A DNA stretch of 59,040 nt from Octopus bimaculoides. Lineage: Eukaryota. Location: contig NC_068991.1 in the NCBI RefSeq assembly GCF_001194135.2, positions 2,980,750-3,039,789 on the forward strand, given 5' to 3'. Of this stretch, positions 38,052 through 49,565 are shown in pieces. Below the pieces are notes generated by a model, which worked only from the letters and a program-made list of their open reading frames with translations, made no database searches and was not told the origin of the DNA. Both the position numbers and the translations under genes were made by a program. How positions within the stretch are numbered: position 1 is the first letter of the stretch; the number at the start of each line of letters is the position of its first letter.

Positions 38052-40084
38052 ACCCATTTTCTTGTTTATTTATGTAGAAGTAGTATCATGTATAAGTTTT
38101 TGAAATATGCCCTTGGGGATCAGATGTGTGAACGGAAGATATTGCCGAGATAAAAGTAGTGAGAATCTGTGTTAGGAAATTTATTAAAAATCCGTTTTGG
38201 CGCCTAAACTCTTTACAGAGCGTAGAGAGCGACCTACTCAATCATAAATCTCTCTTCTTGCCAGGCAAAATGTCGAAGGCAGCTCAGCGACATGTTCCTC
38301 TATTCTTACCTCTCTAATGATTCCAGATATTTGTGCACACGGCCTAAGCCAGACAATCAAGGACTTTTGTCGCTACGAAGAGAACGCAGTGATTTCGTAT
38401 ATGTTAAACCGACATGTTGCTGTAAAGATAGCTTTCTGCAATCTCAGAACAGTGTCTCTCTGCCATTCTGTAATTATTAATATTGTTAACTGTAAATGCC
38501 CAACGACAACCTTCTTTATGTGCAACAATGAATATTTCAGTTAAATGTTCGCAGGTTTTACTTCAATTATTCATGCAATCAACGAAGTATATCTTCGTTC
38601 ACCTCCTCGACAAAATCAGTCAACCATACATACTGAACCATGGTGACGGGCTCTTTACGTTCTGAGTTCAAATGCCACTGAGCTTGGTTTGGCCTTTCCT
38701 CTTTTAGGAGTCAATGAAATAAGTCCCACCTGAACAATGCTGGTCGTGTGCCAGACACAAAGAATTATTACATTAGGAGATAAATTAAACTAAATGTAAT
38801 GAATGCATGCATCATAGCGTGGCGTTGAGTTTCTGAAGAGATACGCGTGGAGCTTGGATTCTGTTCATAAATGTAACCATTGGCCACACTTCAATCTCAC
38901 GCATGTGTTCAGCCACAACCAAAAGTGTGGCGATAGTTGGGTTAATTGCACGTTAGCAAATACTTTATAAAATATCTGTTGGGAGAGGAATTTATAGAGT
39001 AGGAAGGATTCTTTAGTTGAGACTTTTATCACATTTAGTATTGAGGCTTCTCTGTAATTAACTTGATATTTCACTGTTCTGAGTTCTAATTCTGCCTGGC
39101 TTCTGTGTGTTTTCCGTCCGCCTAAGATAAGTAGAATGGTTGGTGATATTTCGAGGTCGATTTGATTGCTTGTATTAAATAAAACCTATTACTCTTCACT
39201 AAAAACAAAAAAGGGGTTGGATTTGGAAAGGGACAATGTATCTCTTCGAAAGAATTCATTTTATATCTAACGAAGTGTAAACTTCCGCATCAACTTATGA
39301 AACACACAAAGTCTAACTGAATCACTGAATCTCATCCCTCTCACTGATACAAGGGAGCCAGGCGTGATCTTCCCATCCTTTTTTGTTTTCCAGAATCTAA
39401 AATTACTTTATCCTATGTTGCATTGCCTTTCTCAAGACAGGGAATACTTTGAAGAACATTTAGTTATTATTTCTAGCATGTTGAGTGAGGCCCAATAGAA
39501 AAGCCGCAAAGGTTTTAGTTGTAGCCCAGTTGCAATTGTTGTTTACCCCGTGGTCAGACCGGACCAAACAAACTTATGGATAAAGACATTCCAACCGTGA
39601 CATTTACATCTATTTCCCTATTGTTTCTCCCCCTCTTTTCGTTTATTTCAGACATAATATATCTAAGAGTATGTTATTAAACGTCCTTCTTCTTTTTTAA
39701 AACGGTTCCTTGCAATATGAGAGAGATTTAAGCCATTAATTCAACTAAGTCGGACGATCAGGTCAGAGACTCCCTTGTCGTTGTAGCAGAGTTCACTATG
39801 GTACAAGAAATCAGTCAGGTCTCTAATCTGGTATTACTCGGTGTTTTGGTATGTTACATCCTACGGCGGAGCAGTTTATAGATCGTTGTCATGGAAACCC
39901 CTGCAAAAGGGCGTGTCCAAAACCTATCCTTCTCTGAATAAATCTTTTAATAAAAATTTTAAAACAACGCGTGTGTGAAAACGTAGTTAAAGGGAGGAAA
40001 CTCTTTGGTTTATCCCCCCCCCTCTTTCCATGCAAAGGGGATGGTTTCTTCCCCTCTTTTTATAAATTATTTTTTTTTTCAGTT

Positions 40085-40400
40085 ATTGGACTGCTGCCAT
40101 GTTGGGACACAGACTTGAAGGGTTTGCTCCAACTAATCGACCCCAGTTCTTATATTTATAAGCCTGGCACTAATTCTGTCAGTCTGTTTTGACGAACTGC
40201 TCGGTTACGGAGACGTAAACATCGATTGTCAAGTGCTGGGGCGAAGATACACACGCACATACAATATATACAGGCTTCGACATAGTTTTCTCCAATCGAA
40301 TTCTCTCATAAGGCATTGATCGGCCGGGGGCTATAGTAGATGACACTTACCCTAGATGCCGTGCTGTGAGACTGAACCTGAAACCACGCGGTCACAAAGG
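40085..40400 (-). mobile_element. SINE family A
   Basis: Reverse complement of head and body. A further fragment lies at about 52085-52245 (-). Confidence 0.75.
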
Positions 40401-41227
40401 AATCTTCGTCTTCATTTGATGTTTATAATTAATCGTTTAGTTTTCTCTGAAAGTTTTTCCCTGAAATGAAAATTAATTTTGGCATTTTGAAGTTTTAATA
40501 TTACCATTTCCAAACTGCTTTTCTATTTTTAACCCTTTAGCATTTCAACTGGCCATATTCAACCCAAATATTCTATTTATTTTATGTTCAAACTAGCCAG
40601 ATGTGACCTTTCACACCTACCCTACAATGTCATTTTGTAGTCTTTATACCATCTTAGAAATATTTATTTTGCAATAGAACACTTACTGCGGAGAGACTTT
40701 TTGAACAGCCTGTATTTTGATGGTGTAGCTTCACCTTTCTGTGTGCTTCCCTAACAATGTGATTGTTCACTTAAGCATCAGGAGATTTACAGCTTTTCTC
40801 CACTGTTTGTTTATGTCCCTTCATTGAGAGTCTTTCAGGCAATTTACTGCTGTTTTCATTTATTATTTAAAGACCCAGTTTGAAAGGTTTTTTTTATATT
40901 CGTCCTGAATGACCTGTTTTTCCAGTTACGGTTTTGTGCTTGATGCAGCCTGCACCAATTCACTCGTAGAGTGTTTAAAAGGTTTTGGCATTCATCTGTT
41001 TGTTCAGCAAAATTCAGAATTTCTGAATTATTGTTGTTGATTAAGGGAGAATTGTTTATTTGTTTTTCTTTTCTGATGATTTTGTCCCAAGCAAGGCGAG
41101 AGGCCACCTTAACATAAAGGGCTTCACTGAAATAAAAAAAAAAGGGGTGCATACAAATTCCAAAGATGTCAGAGCTTACATGGGGGAATATCATAGACAA
41201 GAGAAAAACAAGACAATTGAAACTATT

Positions 41228-41395
41228 TCTAGAGATTTGGTCGGTTTTTATGTTTTGAGTTCAAACTCCGATGAGGTCAAGCTTTGCCTTTCACCCTTTT
41301 GAGGTCGATAAAATAAGTACCAGTTGCGTACTTGGGTCAATCTAAGTGACTTACCCCCTTCACTGAAATTACTAGCCTCATGCCCAAATGCATAA
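41228..41395 (+). mobile_element. SINE family B, partial
   Basis: ttttgagttcaaactccgatgaggtcaagctttgcctttc... Confidence 0.75.
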
Positions 41396-41578
41396 TTAAT
41401 TGATGAAAAAACCTAATAAACAAGTCATACATATTCTCTTTCTCTCTCTCTCCATTGAGTTCATCAAATCAATTTTTTTTCATGCATGTGAAATATTTTT
41501 GTATGTTTGCAATATATGTCCATCATAATGTGTATTTGATAAATATATTATGTATGTATGTATGTACGTATGTATGTA

Positions 41579-41609
<31 letters not shown>

Positions 41610-41644
41610 ATAAAGAATGTGTCTGTCAGGAATAACTAATTCAC

Positions 41645-41662
41645 TTTTCTTCTCTTTTACAG
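41645..41662 (+). promoter_or_regulatory. Splice acceptor of an intron upstream of the ASL-like CDS
   Basis: ttttcttctcttttacag|GTTG, preceded by a (TATG)/(TG) microsatellite. This makes the ORF-track start at 41617 likely intronic. Confidence 0.7.
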
Positions 41663-41874
41663 GTTGCCTGACCAACTGGAAGAAATTTGACCATCTTCAT
41701 CCTGTTATTGTAATAGTTTCATTTATTTCATTTTTGTTTTATTTTTCCATTTTATATTGTTTTTTTTTTAATGACCATTGTTTTGTCTTCCAACTCATTG
41801 TCTTGGAAACAAGCCATCACATCTCACTGATCCCCTCCGTATTGTGTTCGTTGTTCAATTCTACAAAAACCATC

Positions 41875-43524
41875 ATGCAGAGCCTTTACCGTTCTTTCAT
41901 GAAATCATTCATTATGATCATCTTCACTGTGACTCTGCTGCTGTTGATTTTCGTTCTGGGTCCAATGAGTGCTTTCTATAGCAAGACAAGAGTCTCAACA
42001 CAGACGTCGCCCGTCAAGAAGACTCCAAAATCAAATCTCACCAACAGCACCCGCTTCAGACATAATTTTACCAAAAGCTTCCATGAAATATTGCATTTGA
42101 CTCTGAAAGATGCCATCACTCAACCGTCTGTGGTAAATAGTTCCAAGTTCCATGGAACGCATCTCATAACTTCTCCAAAAGACAGTCTACAGAACTATGG
42201 CATTGCTCAAACTGTTGATTACAATCTCTTCAAAGAGGACATCGAATGCAGTAAGGCGTATGCCAAAAGCCTGACAAGGGTCGGTCTCCTCACGAGAAAA
42301 GAGTGTCATAACATTTTGGATGGTCTTGAAATGATTGGAATGGAGTGGGAAAATGGGACGTTCGACTTGAAGCCAGATGATAAAGATGTCCATGCTGCCA
42401 ATGAACGGCGCCTGGCAGAGTTGATTGGTTCAGCAGCAAATAAGTTAAATGCTGGCTGGGATCGCAATGACCAGTTGGCGACAAGTCTTAGACTGTGGCA
42501 AAAAAATGCCATCAGTGTTCATAAGAATGATCTTATTGAGCTGTTGGGTGTGATCACTGAGCGTGCAGAGAAGGAGCTTGGTGTTCTTATGGCTGGCTAC
42601 ACAGTAATGCAGCAAGCTCGACCAATCAGATGGAGTCACTGGTTGCTTAGCTTTGGTTGGAAAATCAAAAGAGATATTGAAAGACTTATGGATCTACTTT
42701 CACGAGTTGACTTGCTGCCACTTGGAAGTGGGGCTCTAGCAGGAAACCCTTTTGGGGTTGACAGAATGTTTTTGGCCAAAGAGCTTGGGTTTGCTGACAT
42801 CATAGAAAACAGCATTGATGCTGTCAACGACCAAGACATTATCTTTGAATACGTTGCCTGGGCGTCGATTATGGCAGCTCACTTCCACAATTTGGCTAAT
42901 GACCTTATTTTATACAGTACGAAAGACTTCGGGTTTGTTGAACTTTCCCATCCATTACACAATGTCCAAAATAATGCCAGTAGCTTTTCAAATGAGAATG
43001 CTCGCAGCTTGGAAGAAATCCGTGGTAAAACCAATCACATCTTTGGGGAATACACTGACATGTTGAGTGTCTTGAAGGAATTCTCAAACCTACACAACAA
43101 TGATTTTTTATCAAATGCCAAAGGAATGTTTGACATTTACAAGACAATTGTGAATGCTTTACCAATAACCAGAGCAATCCTTTCTTCTTTGAAAATAAAC
43201 CCAGACAAAATGGAAGCTTCCCTCAGTGAAGATATGTTATTGCCAGACTTGGAATATTACATGGTACGAAAGGGCTTACCTGCTGACAAGGCGCACAGCC
43301 TGGTTGGAATGTGTGTTAGATTGTCACAGAAAAAGGGGGTCACTTTTTCGAAACTCTCTTTGGCTGAGTTGAGATCTGTCAGTCCTGTTTTTGACCTCGA
43401 TGTAAAATCTGTATGGAATTATAACAACAGTGTAGAGCAATACACACTTCCAGGAGGGACGAGTCATGCCAGTGTACAGCTTCAAATAGATCAGTTGAAG
43501 AAATGGATGTCGTTCCAAAGATAA
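41875..43524 (+). CDS. ASL: Argininosuccinate lyase-like protein (fumarase/ASL superfamily), intronless CDS, predicted catalytically inactive, with N-terminal signal/anchor
   Basis: The ORF aligns colinearly with animal ASL (SKAYAKSL, DVHAANERRLAELIG, RNDQ, IRWSHWLLS, LPLGSGALAGNPFGVDR, DLILYSTKDFGFVELS, YMVRKGLP, SVEQYTLPGGTS). The start is placed at aaccatcATG 41875, the first in-frame ATG after a strong acceptor at 41662. It is an ASL-like paralog, not necessarily the ortholog. Confidence 0.92.
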   Translation: MQSLYRSFMKSFIMIIFTVTLLLLIFVLGPMSAFYSKTRVSTQTSPVKKTPKSNLTNSTRFRHNFTKSFHEILHLTLKDAITQPSVVNSSKFHGTHLITSPKDSLQNYGIAQTVDYNLFKEDIECSKAYAKSLTRVGLLTRKECHNILDGLEMIGMEWENGTFDLKPDDKDVHAANERRLAELIGSAANKLNAGWDRNDQLATSLRLWQKNAISVHKNDLIELLGVITERAEKELGVLMAGYTVMQQARPIRWSHWLLSFGWKIKRDIERLMDLLSRVDLLPLGSGALAGNPFGVDRMFLAKELGFADIIENSIDAVNDQDIIFEYVAWASIMAAHFHNLANDLILYSTKDFGFVELSHPLHNVQNNASSFSNENARSLEEIRGKTNHIFGEYTDMLSVLKEFSNLHNNDFLSNAKGMFDIYKTIVNALPITRAILSSLKINPDKMEASLSEDMLLPDLEYYMVRKGLPADKAHSLVGMCVRLSQKKGVTFSKLSLAELRSVSPVFDLDVKSVWNYNNSVEQYTLPGGTSHASVQLQIDQLKKWMSFQR

Positions 43525-43757
43525 TCGTTCTGCAGACCAATAACCAATCATTGGAATGCTCACACCTACCAACACCTTTCACTATTTGTTAGAAAAACTT
43601 TATAAGAATTTCTGACAAATTAATTTATTTATTGTGTTCACTCGTTATAGACTGGGTTTTCTTGTTCGTGTTTTTTTGAGAGTAACTTGTGTATGTGTGT
43701 GTGTGCGCGTGTGTTTATGTGTGCTTCTGTATATATGTATTTGAATGTCTGTGTGTG

Positions 43758-43795
<38 letters not shown>

Positions 43796-44166
43796 CACGT
43801 ATATACATACATATATGTATATTTATGTATGTAGCTATGTATACATAATTATGCATTTATGTGTGTGTGTATGCATATATATATATATATACACACTCAC
43901 ATATGCATATATTTATAATACCCACCCACCCACACTCACACACAATAGCTATATAACTAAACAAATAGTTTTCAGCAACCCTCACCCTGACTCTCACTGG
44001 AATTGAACCCACCTTTACGTGATTCCATTCTCTTCTAACATTTTACTGCTTCTATTATTTTGTTTTATAACCTCAGTAATTATTGTTGTTCTTGTTGTTG
44101 ATGTTGTTCTCTGTTGACTTCTTTATGGTGTTGCTTCCAGTTTTTTTCTCCCCACCCACCTCCTTT

Positions 44167-44200
<34 letters not shown>

Positions 44201-44234
44201 TGTGTTTGTGTGTGTGTGTGTATGTATATGTATG

Positions 44235-44275
<41 letters not shown>

Positions 44276-44304
44276 GTATGTGTGTATATATATATATATA
44301 TATA

Positions 44305-44357
<53 letters not shown>

Positions 44358-46829
44358 NNNNNNNNNNNNNNNNNNNNNNNNNNNNNNNNNNNNNNNNNNN
44401 NNNNNNNNNNNNNNNNNNNNNNNNNNNNNNNNNNNNNNNNNNNNNNNNNNNNNNNNNNNNNNNNNNNNNNNNNNNNNNNNNNNNNNNNNNNNNNNNNNNN
44501 NNNNNNNNNNNNNNNNNNNNNNNNNNNNNNNNNNNNNNNNNNNNNNNNNNNATATATATGTATATATACATATACATATATATGTGTATATATATATATA
44601 TATGTATATGTATATATATGTGTGTGTGTGTATATATATATCTGTATATATATATATGTATGTATATATGTGTGTATGTATGTGTGTGTGTGTGTGTGTG
44701 TATCAAAACAAGAGATTGGAAGAAATATTTGGTATTATTCACCATTACATATGTTTTATTTACTAATAGGAGTTACGAAATTATACATATAAGAAAAACA
44801 TGTAAGTTATCTCCTAGTTGGATTATAACCATATATATATATATATGTATATATATATACACCTGTTTTTCACTGTCTCTTTTGGTTTATTTTTTGTTTT
44901 TCTCCTTCCAAAGAATTCACCAAAACTGTAAGATATTAACCTTTGCATTTTTCGCAACTGTTTTCTGCTTCCAAAACCACCAAAACACTCCCAACAGCAT
45001 CGAACACATTTAAACATAAGCCGAAGACAAAGTTGAAAAAGATGGAATGGTCATCGCTGGAATGCCTTTTGATCATAAAGTCAGCCCCAACCATCTTACC
45101 CAGAGCTAAGCAACAACACACTTGAGTTATTTTTTTGCGCATGTTCTGTGTGTGTGTGTGTTTGTGTGAGTGTTTGTGTAAACCAGAAAGATACACAGCA
45201 AAGCTGACTTTGCAGGGTTCCAATTCAAAACATCAAGCTTCATAAATTCTGCTACAAGACACAAATCTAGAATATTTCTGCTGATAAAATACATAAGCAT
45301 TGAATTATTAAACGCCATTTTATTGGCTGTCCTCATCTGCCACATCTCTGGCCTTCTACCTAAATTATAATTCCTTATTTTACAAAAAAAGACATTATAT
45401 TCTCAACAAAGCCTGACCCCTTTTTTGTTTTTTCTTTATCTCTACTGTGGTTATTTCATGATATCTATTTTGCTAATAACTTGAAACCCCATTATTAAAA
45501 AAGAGCCCTAAACAACAGACTATCATGTTTTCTTGTCATATAAATTCAAAGCCTAGAATCTGTCTAAAAGAATTGTTCTTTCCACCTGGTTGTAATGTTG
45601 ATTGGAAATCTATTAGCAAACCACGTTTGAAACGGTTACAAATCCCAGTTGAAATTGCTTTGCATGAATATCTCATTGTTATTGTTGTTGTTGTTGTTAT
45701 TGCTGGTGTCATTATTGTTGTTGTTGTTGTTGTTGTCTGATATAAAGCTGTTTCTCCGATATGAAATTAATATTCATATCGTTAGAATGATTTCCCTTTA
45801 AAAAGAAAACAACAAAAAAATAACTTTAAAACTTAAATCTGCATTTATTTTGTTCCAACATTGCATGCTAGCAAAACACTGATCAAATTTTACCGTGCTC
45901 CCACTGCCTCTGTCTACAGGGATGAATTACAACCTCATCTAAGAATGTGGGGTAGAGGGATTGAGAAGAAGGTTTTCAGTAGATTTATTTTCCATCGACA
46001 TAATGCTAAATGGTTACACAATTGAGACAGATAATCTTGCTTCAACACAATCCTTTGTGAAATTCAACAACCTGGACCATTGTTCTTTTTTGTGTTTGTT
46101 TTTTTATTAATTTGGATTTATCTAGTTTTTGTATCTTTCAAATTATCAGCTTGTCAAGAGGTGAATAATTCCCTAAGCATTGCTCTCTGAATCTGCAAAA
46201 CCATCAAAGCCCCTCTACCCCTGTACAAAGGCAGCAGACAACTTCGGAGAGGTTTAATTGCGTTGCTAATAACCTGGTTTGTCAAAAAGGCCTGAAATTC
46301 ACATTGTCTTCCTAATTTTTGTTGCTGCTTCAAAGCATTTTCCACTTTTGTGTCACTCTTCAGAAAACCATGAATGTTACAGCTTCCTGTTTCTGTTCTT
46401 TCCAAAGAATTTTTTTCAACTTTCATGTCTTTGTATTCTTGGCTGTTGAAAAAATGCCTGATTGATGTGTCTTGTTATTTTTGTCTCCTCTTAAAAAAAC
46501 TTTTGACCGTTTGAGCCAACAAAGAAATCAGAGCTATGAGAAATATTCCAAATGTTCCTCAAAATCACACTGTACCATCTTAAAAAAATAAAGGACACAC
46601 TTTGCATAATGTAACCCTAGATACACCATGTCTGGAAGAATAAAAAAAATATAAAGACTGCACGATCATGTCTTGAGAGCCTTTCAATCATAGGCTAGCT
46701 GCGTATGGACTGGCTAGCAACAACAACTGCAACACCAACAACTACAAGGAAGAACATGCTGGAATATGTAATCTTAAATACACAGCTCTTTGCTGAGAAC
46801 CAAGGCCAGGATAGCCATTAATAATGGAT

Positions 46830-47334
46830 AGAAGACATTAGTTTACTAGTATTGACAGCGAAACTGAAGTTAGGGACTAGCTTAGATACCATTACTGACA
46901 ACTGTAATTGAAGTTTGCCAATAATGTTTTTGTTGCCCATCAGCTGAAATGAAAGAACCTATTTACCATTCTGACAGCCAAGACCAGAACAGGCTCCAGA
47001 TGACCACTGCTGACAACTGAGGTCGAGAATGACTGCAGTACACCATTTTTAACAGCTGAAATCCAGGTAGATACTGGACTATTTACAAATGACCACTGAG
47101 GTCAAGAATGCTGCCAGTAACTACAGACAATGTGATAATAGAAGGTACGAGTTTACTACTGAAAACAGCCGAGACAGAGATGAAGATGCAAGTGTACCAG
47201 TGATAACAGCTGATCGAGATGGGACAGAGTATGCCACTGCTGGCTACTTTCTTTAGACACAGTACTTGTTTAGTATTACTAACAGCCGATACGGAGAGGG
47301 ATACTAATTTGCTGCTGCTAAAAGCCAAGACACA

Positions 47335-47374
<40 letters not shown>

Positions 47375-47575
47375 TGCTAGATTGCTGCTGTTAACAGCCG
47401 AGTCAGGAAGAGAAAGACATTAGTTTGTCGTTGCTAACAGCCGACACAGAGAGGGACTCCAGATTGCTGTTGCTAACAGCCGACGTAGAGATGGGACATA
47501 GCCTACCACTGCTGGCTCCTTAGGTATGAGACACAGTACCAGTTTTAGCACTACTCACAGCCGAGGTTGTCCAGC
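46830..47575. repeat. Degenerate tandem repeat with a unit of about 40-45 bp built around ctaacagccga
   Basis: aacagccga-like core at about 47165, 47281, 47393, 47436, 47476 and 47556, plus a larger internal duplication. Confidence 0.75.
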
Positions 47576-49322
47576 AAAAGAAATTACAGAACCATTTCTC
47601 TCAGACTTGAAAGATGACCATTAAATCAAATTGAATATTGTTGTTGTTATTGTTGTTATTGTTGTGGCTATGACATTTTTGTGAATCAAGTATATGATTG
47701 AGTGTCAGTTCCAGGTTTAAACTGCTACATAAACCTTATATATTACTGGTATCTTTCTGCATGAACACCACAACATCTCGCTTGTTTTCCTCCATAAATC
47801 TTTGGTGTCATAACAAAGTAAAATACATCAATACTACTACTACTACCACTACAACAAGTTGTTGCTGCTGCTGCTGCTACTACTGCTACTACTACTACTA
47901 CTACTGATTTTGTGTGTGAACATTTTTTGCTTTATCAATTATGTATTAATTAATATATTTATTTATGCATTTATTTATTCATTATGGTTCTTCCAATCCA
48001 TGTTGCAAAATGAATTATAACCAATTCTACTTAATGTGTATATATTTCATTTTTTGTTTTGTTTTGGTTATATTATTTGTTTTTTGGAGGGTTAGGGGTG
48101 GGGTTGTTTGTCACATATGCCTGTCCAAGATTTGAACTCTGTCACACATGATTCACATGTCACAAGAATAAATTTAAAAAAAAAAAAAGAAGAAATGTAA
48201 AAATATGAAAACAAATTCTTTTCACTCATCTTCCATGAAATAAAGAGTGTTTAAAAAAGAAACTTGTTTTTCTTTTGTCTTTCTTTTCACCCCCACCCCT
48301 ACACACACATGTAAAAAGCACCATGTGAATGTGGTCGATGCCAGTACACAACAACCGGCTCCTGTTCCATTATGGTAAGATTGACAAAACAGTATTTGTA
48401 NNNNNNNNNNNNNNNNNNNNNNNNNNNNNNNNNNNNNNNNNNNNNNNNNNNNNNNNNNNNNNNNNNNNNNNNNNNNNNNNNNNNNNNNNNNNNNNNNNGG
48501 AAGGGAGATAACTCAAGAAAGTGAGGAAATTGAGTGTGACAAACTAACTCACACATCCTTGCAAGTAAGTTTTAACTCACACATGCATACATTGTTGATT
48601 TATTAATATTATATCCACCTCCAGAGGATATACCATAATTACCAAATGGCAATTAAGATAAGCTGCACTTGAGAAGGGGAGATAATCTCAAGATCTAAGA
48701 ATTCCCTAAAGTTGAGATGCCATTAAGGAGAAAGACAGGTTTATTGTCTGGAGATAAGGGGATGGTCATGTGTTTCTGGCTCAGTAGGTATCATCATCAG
48801 CTGGCCTGAGGCTGAAGGTTTTTTCAAAGCGAAGAGAGGATTGCAGGGGGGCCATTTCCGTTCTCTAAACAATTTAGGCATTTGTCAGAGAAGAAGAACA
48901 AGTCTACATCACTTGCTACAAATGAAGTTGTTGGTGTTGCATCAGAGTTTTCCATCTCCTTGTGAGATGTCCAAGCAAAGACTAGGGGTCTTTCACTCCC
49001 AGCTGTTGGGTGGTCCTTCATTCTGCTGAGTTCATCTGCATTTTCACAGGTTTTGTTTTTCATCCTACTGAGTGTGTCATGAAAACCACCTTCCTTACTA
49101 AATAATGTTGCCAGTTGAGTTGCTGTAAGAGGGACCTGACGTGTATGTAAGCTTCCATCCATCCATCTATACATAGAAAAGTTGAAAACTGCTGTTCTAC
49201 TTGCCCACCCAACCTTTTAGTAGTGATGGTCATTTCTCCCTCACACCAAAATCTTCCTGCCTAAGATAATGTCATTCCGGATTCACTGGGTCGGAAGAAG
49301 ATATAAAACAAAACAATATTAA

Positions 49323-49565
49323 CAAGGCAGAGAGCTGGCAGAAACGTTAGCATACCAGGTGAAATGCTTAGCGGTATTTTGTCCTATCTTTATGTTCTGA
49401 GTTCAAATTCCACCGAGGTCAACTTTGCCTTTCATCCTTTCGGGGTTGATTAAATAAGTACCAGTTGCATACTGGGGGTCGATGTAATTGACTTAATCCC
49501 TTTGTCAGTTCTTGTTTGTCCCCTCTATGTTTATCCCCCACCTGTGGTCAACAAAGAAATAAACA
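49323..49565 (+). mobile_element. SINE family B
   Basis: aaggcagagagctggcagaaacgttagc... Other copies lie at about 51245-51440 (-) and 55945-56095 (-). Confidence 0.85.

Noticed and set aside
41617-41874. ORF-track start for the 635-aa ASL-like ORF
   Set aside because: 41617-41662 lies upstream of a strong splice acceptor, next to a microsatellite. The ATG at 41875 has better context. An in-frame extension is kept only as an alternative.
41875-43524. Bacterial argH horizontal transfer or contamination as the explanation for the intronless ORF
   Set aside because: Motifs (IRWSHW, GNPFGVDR, SVEQY..GGT) follow animal ASL, and the ORF is flanked by host SINEs and a spliceosomal acceptor.
45040-45120. 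Apparent exon-like sequence
   Set aside because: It is a fragment of dispersed repeat family F.
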